From a virus (lineage: Duplodnaviria > Caudoviricetes), in IMG/VR virus record IMGVR_UViG_3300037067_026422: a DNA stretch of 64,000 bases. The stretch is one strand, 5' to 3'. The position numbers and the translations under genes were made by a program. Position 1 is the first letter of the stretch. The number at the start of each line of letters is the position of its first letter. The notes beneath the pieces were generated by a model, which did not search any database, was not told where the DNA came from, and saw only the letters and a program-made list of their open reading frames with translations. Below, one piece after another: positions 1 through 10,345 of the stretch.

Positions 1-662
1 TGACGGGTCCTACCGCAATAGATAAGCGTGAAATTAAAACAATCTGCCAACGAGATGCAATATATAATAGCATCATAGCATATCTCACTCCTATACAGAA
101 CTACTTTAATAAAAAATATGAGGGTAGAGTATTTGTATATAAAGACAGCGATGTAAAGCTCCTCTGTGGCATATCGGAAGAGCACTTAATAGTAAGAATG
201 AAGGCACTCGAACAAAATAATACTCCCCTTTTCCAAACTATATCAAAAGCTCTCCCTTCTGTTGATGTCGAATCTTTTGTCCAAGGGCTTCTTAAAGAAA
301 ACGACCGTGGAGATGACATCAAACCGGAAGATATCATCAGTACTACCTGGAAATCCGGGTACATCGATCCATCAGGTAAATTCTATGGCTGCTCCGATCT
401 TGGCCATGTGAACTTCTCTGAAGCTTTGTGTGAAAAGCTTGATCTTAAAAAGGGTGAGGAGATCGACAGTCAGCACCTTCTTGATATGAAGGGGTGGGTG
501 AAGATTTCCATGTCCCGATTCTACTGGAGGGATGACTATAAGGTCACCTCTTCCCAAAAAATAGCGATGCATGATTATATGCATGGCAAAAATATGACCA
601 AAGCACAGTTCAATACTTCTCTTTCATCCGAAGCCCAACTGTTCAGCGAATTTTTTGAATAA
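1..662 (+). CDS. 5'-truncated phage hypothetical protein (GYIDPSGKFY..H..GWVKI motif)
   Basis: The frame of ORF 198..662 stays open back to position 3, so the true start lies before the window. Confidence 0.7.
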   Translation, partial: TGPTAIDKREIKTICQRDAIYNSIIAYLTPIQNYFNKKYEGRVFVYKDSDVKLLCGISEEHLIVRMKALEQNNTPLFQTISKALPSVDVESFVQGLLKENDRGDDIKPEDIISTTWKSGYIDPSGKFYGCSDLGHVNFSEALCEKLDLKKGEEIDSQHLLDMKGWVKISMSRFYWRDDYKVTSSQKIAMHDYMHGKNMTKAQFNTSLSSEAQLFSEFFE

Positions 663-675
663 AGAAAGGTGCCCA

Positions 676-1806
676 ATGCTTATTTATTTTGCCTTCATCA
701 TTCCAATCCTTACCATCATTATTCTGATAATCTTCTTCCGCAGAAACGTGACCTGGTGGGAATATCTTCTTAACTTCTGTGTCCCGGCGATTCTTATCAT
801 AGTAGCCAAACTCATATCTACTATCACTCAAACTCATGATACTGAGATATGGAACAACTTTCTTATCTCTGCTTCTTATGAGGAAGAGTGGAACGAATGG
901 ATTGATAAGACTTGCTATCAGACTTGCTATGATCAGTGTCGAGATTCTGATGGAAAATATTATTCCTGTAACCCACATGACTGTCATCCTTATGACTGCT
1001 CCTACTGCCAAAACCACCCCTCAACATGGGAAGCTCTCACCAATAGTGGTAAAAGAATAACTATCACTCCCTATCAGTTTGAAAGCTATTGCAAACTATG
1101 GGGCAAACGAAACTTTGTCGATATGAATCGGGATTTTTATACCAAAGATGGTAATAAATATGTAAGTACTCCAGAAGGGGATATCAATCAGGTTATATCA
1201 GTCACTACCCAGCACACTTATGAAAATCGTGTAAAGTGCTCACGATCAGTATTTAACTTTCAGGATGTTGATTCCGAAGAAGTCAAAGAGTTTGGGCTGT
1301 ATGAATATCCAAGAATGGATAGATTCAACTATAACCCCATACAAGGTTACAATGATGTTAGGGCCTCCAAAAGACTCCAGCAGTACAACGCCAGACTTGG
1401 GACCGTTAAACAAGTACACATGATGATACTGGTGTTCAAAGATAAGCCTGTATCATCATATCAGGCGCAAGAAGCTTATTGGAAGGGTGGGAACAAGAAT
1501 GAGTTTACTCTATGCATCGGGCTAAAAAACAATAAAACTGAATGGGTAAAGGTCATCAGCTGGACTGAAGCTGATGACCTTAAAAAAGCTGTAGAGGTAC
1601 AGGTAAAAAGTATGCCTTTTGATCTGTTGAAAATATCAGACTACATGGCTGATCAAATAAGAGCAAAATATGTTCGGAAGCAATTCAAGGACTTTAGTTA
1701 TATTACTGTCGAACCTACAACCAGAGCTTTAATCTGGACGTTTGTTCTAAGTTTTATACTATCTGTAGGTCTTGCAGTATTCGTAGTAAAAAACGGTGCA
1801 GAATAA
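676..1806 (+). CDS. Membrane protein with Cys-rich extracytoplasmic segment
   Basis: Two N-terminal and one C-terminal hydrophobic helix; CYQTCYDQC..CNPHDCHPYDCSYC segment; AAGGT before ATG 676. Confidence 0.75.
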   Translation: MLIYFAFIIPILTIIILIIFFRRNVTWWEYLLNFCVPAILIIVAKLISTITQTHDTEIWNNFLISASYEEEWNEWIDKTCYQTCYDQCRDSDGKYYSCNPHDCHPYDCSYCQNHPSTWEALTNSGKRITITPYQFESYCKLWGKRNFVDMNRDFYTKDGNKYVSTPEGDINQVISVTTQHTYENRVKCSRSVFNFQDVDSEEVKEFGLYEYPRMDRFNYNPIQGYNDVRASKRLQQYNARLGTVKQVHMMILVFKDKPVSSYQAQEAYWKGGNKNEFTLCIGLKNNKTEWVKVISWTEADDLKKAVEVQVKSMPFDLLKISDYMADQIRAKYVRKQFKDFSYITVEPTTRALIWTFVLSFILSVGLAVFVVKNGAE

Positions 1807-1856
1807 AAGTGATAGTCCCTGCTTTAACTTTTAGTAGGTATAGAACGGACTAACAA

Positions 1857-2462
1857 ATGGATAAATTAGGTGAGATGGCAGCAGATTTCAAGAGAAACAA
1901 AATACGGGAGCTTCTCGATCAGTGTACCTATGCTCAGGTAGATCTGTTCAACAGGATGTATAGGTCCATTGATGATATCCAAGATGAAAAAATGGACAGA
2001 GCATATGATCAATGCCTTGCTACTATAGAAAAAAATAAGGTGGCATTGGATATGGCCTTTCAGAGCGAAAAGATTAATATGGAAGTCATTCTGAAATACC
2101 TCCCGACAGTAAGTATAGAGCATATCAAAAACTTTGTCCAGCTAAGTATATCAAAAGCCCTGGACAAACATGTTAATTTTGTGTCAGTAAAAGAAGACAA
2201 TGACTATTACCAGGAGCTGCGACAATTGTTTTCTCTGCTTCATTTTCTGAAACTGACCAAAGTTATATATGGAGAAGAGCTTGAAAAGATTGAAAAAGAA
2301 ACTATAAACTTTTTGGAGAATATCCTGCCGGAAGTTAAAGTTATTGCTATGCATATTGGAGAATTGGGCTGCTTTGGTATAGATGATATCAAAGAGTATA
2401 TATCTGAGGAATATTTAAAATTGTTCTGGTCGACAAAATCAGGTTATTTTAAGAAATCCTAA
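1857..2462 (+). CDS. Hypothetical protein
   Basis: 201-aa ORF co-oriented with neighbours. Confidence 0.65.
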   Translation: MDKLGEMAADFKRNKIRELLDQCTYAQVDLFNRMYRSIDDIQDEKMDRAYDQCLATIEKNKVALDMAFQSEKINMEVILKYLPTVSIEHIKNFVQLSISKALDKHVNFVSVKEDNDYYQELRQLFSLLHFLKLTKVIYGEELEKIEKETINFLENILPEVKVIAMHIGELGCFGIDDIKEYISEEYLKLFWSTKSGYFKKS

Positions 2463-2606
2463 ATATATTGTTACTCTTTTAATATATAGCCTGATTCAAA
2501 CACTCTGTGGTATATAAGAAGTGTGAGTGGTACATAAGATGTTACAAAAACTTATACCTTAAAGACAGAGCTGAGGTCATCAAAGATATATTAAAGGGGT
2601 GACTAT

Positions 2607-2822
2607 ATGCTTTTTAAAGTCCTATGTAATAAATGTAAAAAAAACCTGAAGATCCGTAAGGTATATAAAGAGGATCTTAGCTTTGTCTTAGTAGTCGATT
2701 CATGTAATACCCCTGGGTGCTTATTACCGCACCAACCGGATAATGAATCGGATTTCAAGAAGTATCTGTCAGATATGTTCCATATCGAATCATCTGATAG
2801 CTTTACAATAGATTTCAAATAA
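2607..2822 (+). CDS. Small Zn-binding hypothetical protein
   Basis: CNKC and CNTPGC motifs; AGGGG SD. Confidence 0.6.
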   Translation: MLFKVLCNKCKKNLKIRKVYKEDLSFVLVVDSCNTPGCLLPHQPDNESDFKKYLSDMFHIESSDSFTIDFK

Positions 2823-2874
2823 GAGCACCTTAAAACGCTCTTGTATAACATATTACATAATATAGGAGTACCAT

Positions 2875-3129
2875 ATGGCAATTCGTTTGAACCTTCGTGT
2901 GCTGCTTTTTGGCTCAATCTTTTCCGTAATAGTAACAATCATCGCTACAGGTCTAATTATTGGTGCTGTCTGCTGGCCTTATGCCATTAATACCTGGCTT
3001 GAGTTCTGTAGCAAAAATCCGCGTATTGTATGGTGGCAGGGAATGCTTATCGGTATAGTCCCGGGTATCGGACATATAGGGTTGGTATTGGCAATAGTTA
3101 CTTGGATCGCCATGCTGTTCTTGAAATAA
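2875..3129 (+). CDS. Small membrane protein
   Basis: Two hydrophobic segments; AGGAG SD. Confidence 0.7.
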   Translation: MAIRLNLRVLLFGSIFSVIVTIIATGLIIGAVCWPYAINTWLEFCSKNPRIVWWQGMLIGIVPGIGHIGLVLAIVTWIAMLFLK

Positions 3130-3145
3130 CTTATAAAGGATATCT

Positions 3146-4162
3146 ATGAGAAAATTAACGTCAATACAAAAAGTCGAAGAAGTCTTTCCTATTTTAGGTG
3201 CAGATACCATAGAGCATATTAGGACGCAAGGTTGGCATGTAGTAGTAAAAAAAGAGCAGTTCAAGGTAAACGACCTATGTGTCTATTTTGAAATTGACAG
3301 CCTTTTACCCAACATACCTCAATTTGCTTTTCTGGAAAAAGGACAGAAACTTAAAAAATCAATCATAGAAAATGGAGTGGAAGTTGAAGGGTGGAGATTA
3401 AAAACAATAAGTTTACAAGGGCAAATCAGTCAGGGACTGGCACTTCCTTTAAATGATTTTCCGGATATCCTCAATCCTATAGAAGGTATGGATGTCACCA
3501 GTCTTATTGGTGTAAATAAATATGAGCCTCCGTTACCTGCATGCTTATCTGGAGAAGCCAAAGGGTCATTCCCCGGTTTCCTTAGTAAAACGGATGAGGA
3601 CAGAATACAAATTCTTTTACATATGCTCGATCAGTATCGTGGACAAAGATTCTATTTGACCACTAAACTTGACGGCTCTTCATGCACCTGTTTCAAGCAT
3701 GAAAATGAATTCAATGTTTGTGGAAGAACTCTCAACTTCAGAGAATCTGACACGAATCTTATGTGGAGGATCGCTAATCGGTATAACTTAAAGGAAAGAT
3801 TTCCCAACGGTTATTCCATCCAAAGTGAGTGCGCGGGAGAAGGAATACAAAAAAATCGACACAAGCTCAAGGGGCAGGATCTCTATATTTTTTACGTCGT
3901 CAATATTAATACTGGAGAATATCTAAAGCTTGATGATATGAAAGCCTTTGTTAAAGAAATAGGAATGAAGACTGTTCCAATTTTCAATGAGAACTTCATC
4001 CTGGATCATACTTTGGAACAAATCCTCGACATGGCAAATCAACCTTGCCCGTTGAATCCCACTGTCCCGCAGGAAGGCTTTGTCTTCAGACTGTATGACA
4101 GTACGAAAAAAATTACATTCAAAGCCATCTCTAATGAGTACCTACTTAAATATGGTCTTTAA
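3146..4162 (+). CDS. RNA ligase, Rnl2/DRB0094-like family
   Basis: N-terminal OB-like domain (VYFEIDS, GQISQGL); nucleotidyltransferase motif I TKLDGSS, motif IV EGFV, motif V FKAIS. Confidence 0.9.
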   Translation: MRKLTSIQKVEEVFPILGADTIEHIRTQGWHVVVKKEQFKVNDLCVYFEIDSLLPNIPQFAFLEKGQKLKKSIIENGVEVEGWRLKTISLQGQISQGLALPLNDFPDILNPIEGMDVTSLIGVNKYEPPLPACLSGEAKGSFPGFLSKTDEDRIQILLHMLDQYRGQRFYLTTKLDGSSCTCFKHENEFNVCGRTLNFRESDTNLMWRIANRYNLKERFPNGYSIQSECAGEGIQKNRHKLKGQDLYIFYVVNINTGEYLKLDDMKAFVKEIGMKTVPIFNENFILDHTLEQILDMANQPCPLNPTVPQEGFVFRLYDSTKKITFKAISNEYLLKYGL

Positions 4163-4724
4163 TAATAGAAATGACATTCCAGCTTTCCTCCATGAGGAAG
4201 GTTTGACAGGTTACGGGGCTGAGATAGGAGTTCTTCGCGGAGGGTTTTCCGAACAACTCCTGAAAAACTGGATGGGAAAAAAACTCTATCTCATTGATGC
4301 CTGGAGACACTTCGAAGATGTAGTCGATTTAAACAATAAATCAAAAGAATTTCAAGAATTCAATATCCTTGAAACTTTTAACATGATCTACCCGTACAAG
4401 GATAGGGCTTGTCTTATACGGGAACTATCTGTAGATGCTGCCAGGATATTACCTAATGACTATCTTGATTTCGTATACATTGATGCCTGTCATATGTATA
4501 ATGACGTAATAGCAGATTTATATGCATGGTATCCAAAAATAAAAGCAAATGGATATCTTATGGGGCACGATTACCTGGATGGGACTATAATCGAGGATGG
4601 ACTATACCCAACATGCTTTGAAGTAAAAAGTGCGGTTAATAGCTTTGCACTAATGAATAATGTGACTGTTTCTATTATACCCGACAAATTCTATCCATCG
4701 TGGTACATAAAGAAGGAAATCTAA
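4152..4724 (+). CDS. Class I SAM-dependent methyltransferase (Methyltransf_24-like)
   Basis: AEIGVLRG, LIDAW, DFVYIDACH and GHDY motifs. Confidence 0.85.
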   Translation: MVFNNRNDIPAFLHEEGLTGYGAEIGVLRGGFSEQLLKNWMGKKLYLIDAWRHFEDVVDLNNKSKEFQEFNILETFNMIYPYKDRACLIRELSVDAARILPNDYLDFVYIDACHMYNDVIADLYAWYPKIKANGYLMGHDYLDGTIIEDGLYPTCFEVKSAVNSFALMNNVTVSIIPDKFYPSWYIKKEI

Positions 4725-5467
4725 TGAAAGCTCTTATACACGGGAACACCACAAGAAAAGGTAACATAGATCGAGTAAGCATATCTGATCCAGACTGTGC
4801 TATAGCTTACTGTGGGCTTGAAGAATTAGGGGCTGATACAGATATCATGGCTACCTGGATAGGCTTGTCCAAAGAGGAATTAGAATCATATGGTGTCTGT
4901 ATAGGTGGAGTCAACCAATGTAGACATGCTCTGTTTAAAATGGGCATCAAAAATTATGATATCCCCTGCTATCCGCTGAATCTCCAACATTTCATGGAAA
5001 GAAAAATAGAGATAACTACTATAGCAGAAGTCACTAATAAAATACTGAAACGAGAGTATACGGAGCCTAAATTTGTGAAGTCTATAGGACCGAAAGTTTT
5101 TACTCCCTTCAATACCAGTGAGATCGATTTAGATTTCTTATACTCTGTTGGAGAACAGGAACCGGTCTATGTGTCCGATATTGTAAGATTTATGACTGAG
5201 TGGCGGGTATATGTTAAAAATGGAGAGATAATAAAGCTGTGTCATTACTCTGGTAACCCTCGGGTGTTCCCTAATATTCTTATGATCAAAGTGATGATCT
5301 CAAATTTTCAAGGTCCTTGTTTTTATGCCCTCGATGTGGGTATCATAGGAACTACTACAGTACTGGTAGAAATAAATGACGGATATTCTCTTGGTAACTA
5401 TGGCTTATATCCGAGTGAGTATGCAGAGCTGCTTACTATGCGATGGAAAGAACTTACCGGAAAATGA
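4724..5467 (+). CDS. ATP-grasp protein, R2K clade (DUF4343-like)
   Basis: FVKS, EWRVYV, ALDVG and LVEINDGYSLGNYG motifs. Confidence 0.8.
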   Translation: MKALIHGNTTRKGNIDRVSISDPDCAIAYCGLEELGADTDIMATWIGLSKEELESYGVCIGGVNQCRHALFKMGIKNYDIPCYPLNLQHFMERKIEITTIAEVTNKILKREYTEPKFVKSIGPKVFTPFNTSEIDLDFLYSVGEQEPVYVSDIVRFMTEWRVYVKNGEIIKLCHYSGNPRVFPNILMIKVMISNFQGPCFYALDVGIIGTTTVLVEINDGYSLGNYGLYPSEYAELLTMRWKELTGK

Positions 5468-5802
5468 TCAGATACAGCCCGGAACTAATACAGGAATTGT
5501 TTTTGTTCATTGTAGAGCATAAAATCTATGATGGCTCTATAGTAGAGATGTTTTTAACCAGAAAAACTTTTAACGGTTGTAGAATCAATATCTCTGACAT
5601 AGAAGCACAAGTAGTATTCAATAGAATGTTAAATTATTCTCATACCTGGATATCTCAGAAATTCCCCACCAAACTTCAAAAGAAAAATATGCAGGATATC
5701 AGGAAAGTGATCTTTGAGCTATCTCTTAATGATATGCCCAAGCACATCAATGATCCCCTAACCGGACCAATAGCATCCTGGCGATTGAACAAAGGGATAT
5801 AA
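5464..5802 (+). CDS. PLYIN-WRL family paralogue 1
   Basis: MIRYSPELIQEL ... MPKHINDPLTGPIASWRLNKGI*; ATGA overlap with the ATP-grasp stop. Confidence 0.8.
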   Translation: MIRYSPELIQELFLFIVEHKIYDGSIVEMFLTRKTFNGCRINISDIEAQVVFNRMLNYSHTWISQKFPTKLQKKNMQDIRKVIFELSLNDMPKHINDPLTGPIASWRLNKGI

Positions 5803-5804
5803 GC

Positions 5805-6149
5805 ATGATAAAATATACAGAGAAGCAGTGGGAATGCTTATACAAAGAAGTGCTATTTGAACAGGTCAATCTTATATCCCTTGAAGCTTTTATGATAAAG
5901 AAAAATTGGTATGAAAAAAGACATATAAAAAATCTTAATACTGATCAGTATGCCGTGTACAATAAGTTACTGAATATCCAACCTAAAAAAATAGATAGAA
6001 AGAACAGATACTACTCTCAGGAGGAATATGACAATCTCTGTAAAATCAGGGAGATAATATTTAAAGTAGAATGGAAGAAACTTCCTCTCTATATAAATGA
6101 TCCTATACTCAATCCAATAATAGCATGGCGATTAAGAAGCAATATCTAA
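5805..6149 (+). CDS. PLYIN-WRL family paralogue 2
   Basis: MIKYTEKQWECL ... LPLYINDPILNPIIAWRLRSNI*. Confidence 0.8.
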   Translation: MIKYTEKQWECLYKEVLFEQVNLISLEAFMIKKNWYEKRHIKNLNTDQYAVYNKLLNIQPKKIDRKNRYYSQEEYDNLCKIREIIFKVEWKKLPLYINDPILNPIIAWRLRSNI

Positions 6150-6829
6150 TGATAGAACAATTTATGAAAATTAAGGATAAAGAAACACTGTACTGTCCAA
6201 GATGTACATCCCCACTTATACTTGGTCAGGGATATCGCAGATATCAGACTCTTGTGGAACATGTCTGTGGAGATGATAGAATTTCTGAAAAAGAATATTA
6301 TATATGTTCTTCTGAAAGGTGCCCAACAAGAATATCGGATTCCTTTTGGGATTGGTATGGTAGTTCCTATATAAGTAACTCCTGTGATCCTAAAATATTT
6401 ATTATGGAATGCTCCTCGGCCCTGAATTCAGGTCAAAGACAATTTGATATCTCCAATAAGCATATAGATATACAACTTCTACATCTTATATGGTTTCGAC
6501 TGATTCTCGAAAAATACCGTGTCCCTGATCAAATGGGTGTTAATATACTTGGATACAAGTATAAATTTAAAGGACTGGTTAAATCCGGTGCTGAGTGGTG
6601 CTATTATACTCCTGGAATAAAAATGTTCTTTTTCTGCCTAAATAAATTTAATAATGCTCGGAAAAAACTGCAGGAAAACCCTGAAAGCACGTGGAGTGAA
6701 CAGCAGATGCTTCAGGAACTCAAATGCCCAAAAGAAGACAAACGATGGTGGAAGATGCTATCCGCATGGTGGCTCAATCTTCTACACCCGGGACTCAAAG
6801 AGAAGCTACAATGCAAAAAGAAGATCTGA
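6149..6829 (+). CDS. Hypothetical Zn-finger protein
   Basis: CPRC and CSSERC motifs; TAATG coupling to the upstream gene. Confidence 0.65.
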   Translation: MIEQFMKIKDKETLYCPRCTSPLILGQGYRRYQTLVEHVCGDDRISEKEYYICSSERCPTRISDSFWDWYGSSYISNSCDPKIFIMECSSALNSGQRQFDISNKHIDIQLLHLIWFRLILEKYRVPDQMGVNILGYKYKFKGLVKSGAEWCYYTPGIKMFFFCLNKFNNARKKLQENPESTWSEQQMLQELKCPKEDKRWWKMLSAWWLNLLHPGLKEKLQCKKKI

Positions 6830-7155
6830 CAAAAATAGACCTTCTTGACATAGCAATAGAAATGCATGAATCAATCCCTACTTTATTTTCTCTTTTGAAT
6901 ATCATCTTAAGAATAAGACCCACTGTTTTCCCCTTTAAATTTACATTGGAAGATATTGTGGAACCTCATATATTCTTTGACTTATTAGAGGAGGCAGCAC
7001 AGAATAGCATAGAAACTACTAATTTTATTCAACCTAAAACAGCCAAAGCAATCCTTGATGTCCTTCTCCATGAAGACCTAAATAAAATGCCCCTCCATAT
7101 CAATGATCCATTAATAGGCTGCTTAGCTATATGGCGATTAAAAAAAGGCATATAG
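6811..7155 (+). CDS. PLYIN-WRL family paralogue 3
   Basis: Ends MPLHINDPLIGCLAIWRLKKGI*; probable start ATG 6811. Confidence 0.75.
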   Translation: MQKEDLTKIDLLDIAIEMHESIPTLFSLLNIILRIRPTVFPFKFTLEDIVEPHIFFDLLEEAAQNSIETTNFIQPKTAKAILDVLLHEDLNKMPLHINDPLIGCLAIWRLKKGI

Positions 7156-7158
7156 GAC

Positions 7159-7187
7159 TTGTTTAACTGGGTCTAAAAAAGTATATT
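7159..7187 (+). promoter_or_regulatory. Sigma70-like promoter TTGTTT-17-TATATT
   Basis: TTGTTTAACTGGGTCTAAAAAAGTATATT, intergenic, near-identical to the element at 13839. Confidence 0.65.
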
Positions 7188-7204
7188 AAGGGAGAAGGAT
7201 AAAT

Positions 7205-7501
7205 ATGAATGATGCACTTATAACCAGCTTGCGTGATATAAATCAGAGACTTAAAGAAAAGGGTACAGAGCGAATAACTAAAAACAGGATAGTGTTCAGA
7301 GTTTGGACTAAGCTACGCAATACTCAGGAATTTCACAGTGAAGCATCTACTTTGAACTTTTTTAATAAAAAATGGCCCAAAAATAAATGTCCATACTGCT
7401 CGAGTTTGTTTGGGGGCAGGAACCTTGAGAAACAAGATAATAAAGCTTGGACATTCCGATGTCCCGGATGCAAAAGCATCCTGAAAGTATTTAAAGAATA
7501 A
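7205..7501 (+). CDS. Zn-ribbon hypothetical protein
   Basis: CPYC and CPGC motifs. Confidence 0.7.
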   Translation: MNDALITSLRDINQRLKEKGTERITKNRIVFRVWTKLRNTQEFHSEASTLNFFNKKWPKNKCPYCSSLFGGRNLEKQDNKAWTFRCPGCKSILKVFKE

Positions 7502-7518
7502 TATATCGGGGATTACTT

Positions 7519-8028
7519 ATGAAAAAAGCAATAGATCTCTCTCATGAATCGATTCTCAGTACCTCTTGGTCTCCGAAAAAAATTAAGAGTTTCCTTATTA
7601 AACTTGAAAAAGATACAGTATTCGGATATTCTGGAGCTTTTACTTATGCTGAGATCGAAGACCTCGCAGGATCATATGGTATTAAAGTAAAGCGTCTTCC
7701 TCTTCGACATCCCCTTCGGAAAAAGTATGGCGATTATATACTTAAAATTTCCAAGAGCTACATCCCGGAAGATCAGAAACCAATCCGGGTATACTTTGAT
7801 AATGTTCACCACTATGAACGTAAGATCGCCAGAGGTAACCGAAAGTGTCATGGCGGTGGGTGCTGCACGGTTATCCAGAAAGGTCAAAGTTTTATATCCT
7901 CCATAAATCTGATAGACCTCCCCAGCTGTCGCAAAGTATATAAAGAAGAAACATATTGTATCCCTTGCGCAAAGAAACTTATAAATTTTAAAGTTAAAGC
8001 ACTCAAATCCCTCATTCCTGGTAGATAA
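7519..8028 (+). CDS. Hypothetical protein with C-terminal Zn finger
   Basis: CHGGGCC and YCIPC motifs. Confidence 0.65.
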   Translation: MKKAIDLSHESILSTSWSPKKIKSFLIKLEKDTVFGYSGAFTYAEIEDLAGSYGIKVKRLPLRHPLRKKYGDYILKISKSYIPEDQKPIRVYFDNVHHYERKIARGNRKCHGGGCCTVIQKGQSFISSINLIDLPSCRKVYKEETYCIPCAKKLINFKVKALKSLIPGR

Positions 8029-8030
8029 GC

Positions 8031-8474
8031 ATGGAAAAGAGTCTTTTACAGGAATATATCGGAGAAAGAAAATGGGCAGACTTTGAGTGGTGCCCGATCT
8101 GTAATTATCCCTGTGGCATCAGTGGAGTCCCCTTAGGCACCTGTGCCATAGTACCAGATGAGATATTCAAGGTACTTCCTTTTACCGTAAGAATTCTGCG
8201 CTATTACTGCTTATGCAACAGCTGCATCGATATACTTGCCAATCGTGTGGCACTCACTACTAGTATATGTGATCTTCCTCTATATATAAATTTTACAGGG
8301 TATCTCGATACTAAAGTGCTATGCCGAAGTTTAAAGGATTTCAAAAAGTATGAACACCGCCTTTACATAAATGGCTCAGGGGATTTCAGCTATCTTGATA
8401 CTGCCAACAACAGTGTCAGAAGAGCCATTAAAGATCTTATGGCAGGAAGGTCCCTTAAATTTGACTTTTCCTAA
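8031..8474 (+). CDS. Zn-finger protein with internal LPLYIN half-motif
   Basis: CPIC, CNSC; internal DLPLYIN without the WRL terminus. Confidence 0.65.
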   Translation: MEKSLLQEYIGERKWADFEWCPICNYPCGISGVPLGTCAIVPDEIFKVLPFTVRILRYYCLCNSCIDILANRVALTTSICDLPLYINFTGYLDTKVLCRSLKDFKKYEHRLYINGSGDFSYLDTANNSVRRAIKDLMAGRSLKFDFS

Positions 8475-8521
8475 ACATAAGATGGAAAAACCTCAGAGCT
8501 TTTAGAAAGGTTTATGTAACT

Positions 8522-9019
8522 ATGAAAGAAGACCTTACAGATATCTCTGTAGCTCTGTCTACCACAGGTAATCTCATAATAACGGATCAGGAAAATCAAA
8601 CTTCCCAAATTGATCTGTTTTTATGGAATATGCCTGTATGTATCGCCGAGATCCCCCTTATGACCGAAGAAATTAATGGTACTCTAAAAGAAAATATCCT
8701 TCGAGAAGTGAAGAAGTGTATGCAGGTAGTCAAAATAGATCCCTATGGTCAATCAATATTCATAGGAGAAAATCCGGATGATGAAAACACTGCCCTGGTA
8801 ACTTATACAGTGGATTACGATGCCAAAGAAATTCAAGATTTTTTCCACCGGTGGGAAGAAACGTCTCTATTGCTTTTTGAGTGTATTTTCTTTGAAGTAG
8901 ATGAGAATAACATCAGGAAGAAAATCTTTATCAGTATCCGAGGGATATGGAAGGTAGACAAATGGATGATTATAACTGACCATGATACCCCCATGACCAC
9001 AGTCCAAAGCGAAATATAA
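8522..9019 (+). CDS. Hypothetical protein
   Basis: 165-aa acidic ORF in the operon run. Confidence 0.65.
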   Translation: MKEDLTDISVALSTTGNLIITDQENQTSQIDLFLWNMPVCIAEIPLMTEEINGTLKENILREVKKCMQVVKIDPYGQSIFIGENPDDENTALVTYTVDYDAKEIQDFFHRWEETSLLLFECIFFEVDENNIRKKIFISIRGIWKVDKWMIITDHDTPMTTVQSEI

Positions 9020-9023
9020 GTTT

Positions 9024-9245
9024 ATGCCGAACGATTGTACAAAGCATGGATTCATGCGATGCGAGTTTGAGGATGATATCTGTGAGAAATGTCTTAAACA
9101 GGTAAAAGAAATATATTTCCGCCCCACGGTGAGCGGTACTGAAGGACAGTACTGGTGCCTGGAATGTATAAAGGCAGAAGAATCTGATAATGAAGCTTTC
9201 GGTAAAGAGATGCAAGCACTACCTGATGCAGGAAAACTTATATGA
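9024..9245 (+). CDS. Small Zn-finger protein
   Basis: CTKH, CEKC, CLEC motifs. Confidence 0.6.
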   Translation: MPNDCTKHGFMRCEFEDDICEKCLKQVKEIYFRPTVSGTEGQYWCLECIKAEESDNEAFGKEMQALPDAGKLI

Positions 9246-10300
9246 GAGCTACCCATTTGGAACTTCTTCAATTGGTCATGGGAGAACGATATACTCAATT
9301 GAAGGGCTATTTTGAAGCTATAAAATCCACAGATATATGTACCGATCATCCCATCGAGGAAACCCTCTTTAATTCTATTTTTTCCCCTGAAACTTGTGCA
9401 AAACTATTCGGGACCCCAGGTACCGATAGATCCTCCAGAATGCAAAGAAAAATGGACATCTCTATAATCAGACATGCTTATCATCTTTGGAAGGATAAGA
9501 ATTACTTTGAAATCACTCCAAAGCTCTGTGACATACTAAAAGATGCTGATCTTGGAGACATAGATACATTTTTTCTGCAGACCCCCTACCGATCTATGTA
9601 TATAAGTCTTCCCAAAGGCAATGGTTTTATGGTAACCAACTCGCAGAGTGGGCTTCATGAGATAGACTCCATATATCTTGTCTTTGATGATTATAAAGAA
9701 CCCCATAAAATGCTGATACCTAACAAAAATATAATCATAGAAAATGCCCTTAAGCATATTCATATGCTGGTATGTGGGGAAATTAAAGAAGAATTTGGGG
9801 ATGCTATATTGTTTTTTGATTTAATTTTCACCGAAGGTAAAGTCAGTGACTCCATCAATAAGAATAAAGAAATATTAGAGAATCCCAACCTATGGCCCCA
9901 TATAGTGGATGTATTTTATTTCGTGGTAAAAATTCTGCTTTATATAAACTGTGCCAATGTCTCTATCCGAAAAGTGGCTGGATTTGACCTCAAAACAAAA
10001 CTGAATGGGCTCAAAAGCCCTGCCAAACAACGAAAAATCATTCAGCGTTTTAATAAGATATCCCCTGAAGCCCACAGTATCCTTGATGTAGTCATAAATC
10101 ACACGCATGATATTACTGGATCTTCTGGTGAACCTTCCCACAGGCTGGGACCTAAAAGGCTTGAAAGAGTCAGGAAGCACTTCAAAGTACAAAAGTTCGG
10201 TGCAGGTCGATCTCAAGCCAAGATAATTCTGGTGGATTCCTATGTTCGGGGTGAGGGGGCGGATTTCTATCGAGATAAAAAGATTTATAAGGTTACTTGA
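9242..10300 (+). CDS. Phage hypothetical protein with basic C-terminal VRKHF..G.GR motif
   Basis: 352-aa ORF; ATGA overlap. Confidence 0.7.
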   Translation: MRATHLELLQLVMGERYTQLKGYFEAIKSTDICTDHPIEETLFNSIFSPETCAKLFGTPGTDRSSRMQRKMDISIIRHAYHLWKDKNYFEITPKLCDILKDADLGDIDTFFLQTPYRSMYISLPKGNGFMVTNSQSGLHEIDSIYLVFDDYKEPHKMLIPNKNIIIENALKHIHMLVCGEIKEEFGDAILFFDLIFTEGKVSDSINKNKEILENPNLWPHIVDVFYFVVKILLYINCANVSIRKVAGFDLKTKLNGLKSPAKQRKIIQRFNKISPEAHSILDVVINHTHDITGSSGEPSHRLGPKRLERVRKHFKVQKFGAGRSQAKIILVDSYVRGEGADFYRDKKIYKVT

Positions 10301-10345
10301 AAATTTTATATTAATATTTTTTGACGTATAAGTATATTCCATACA

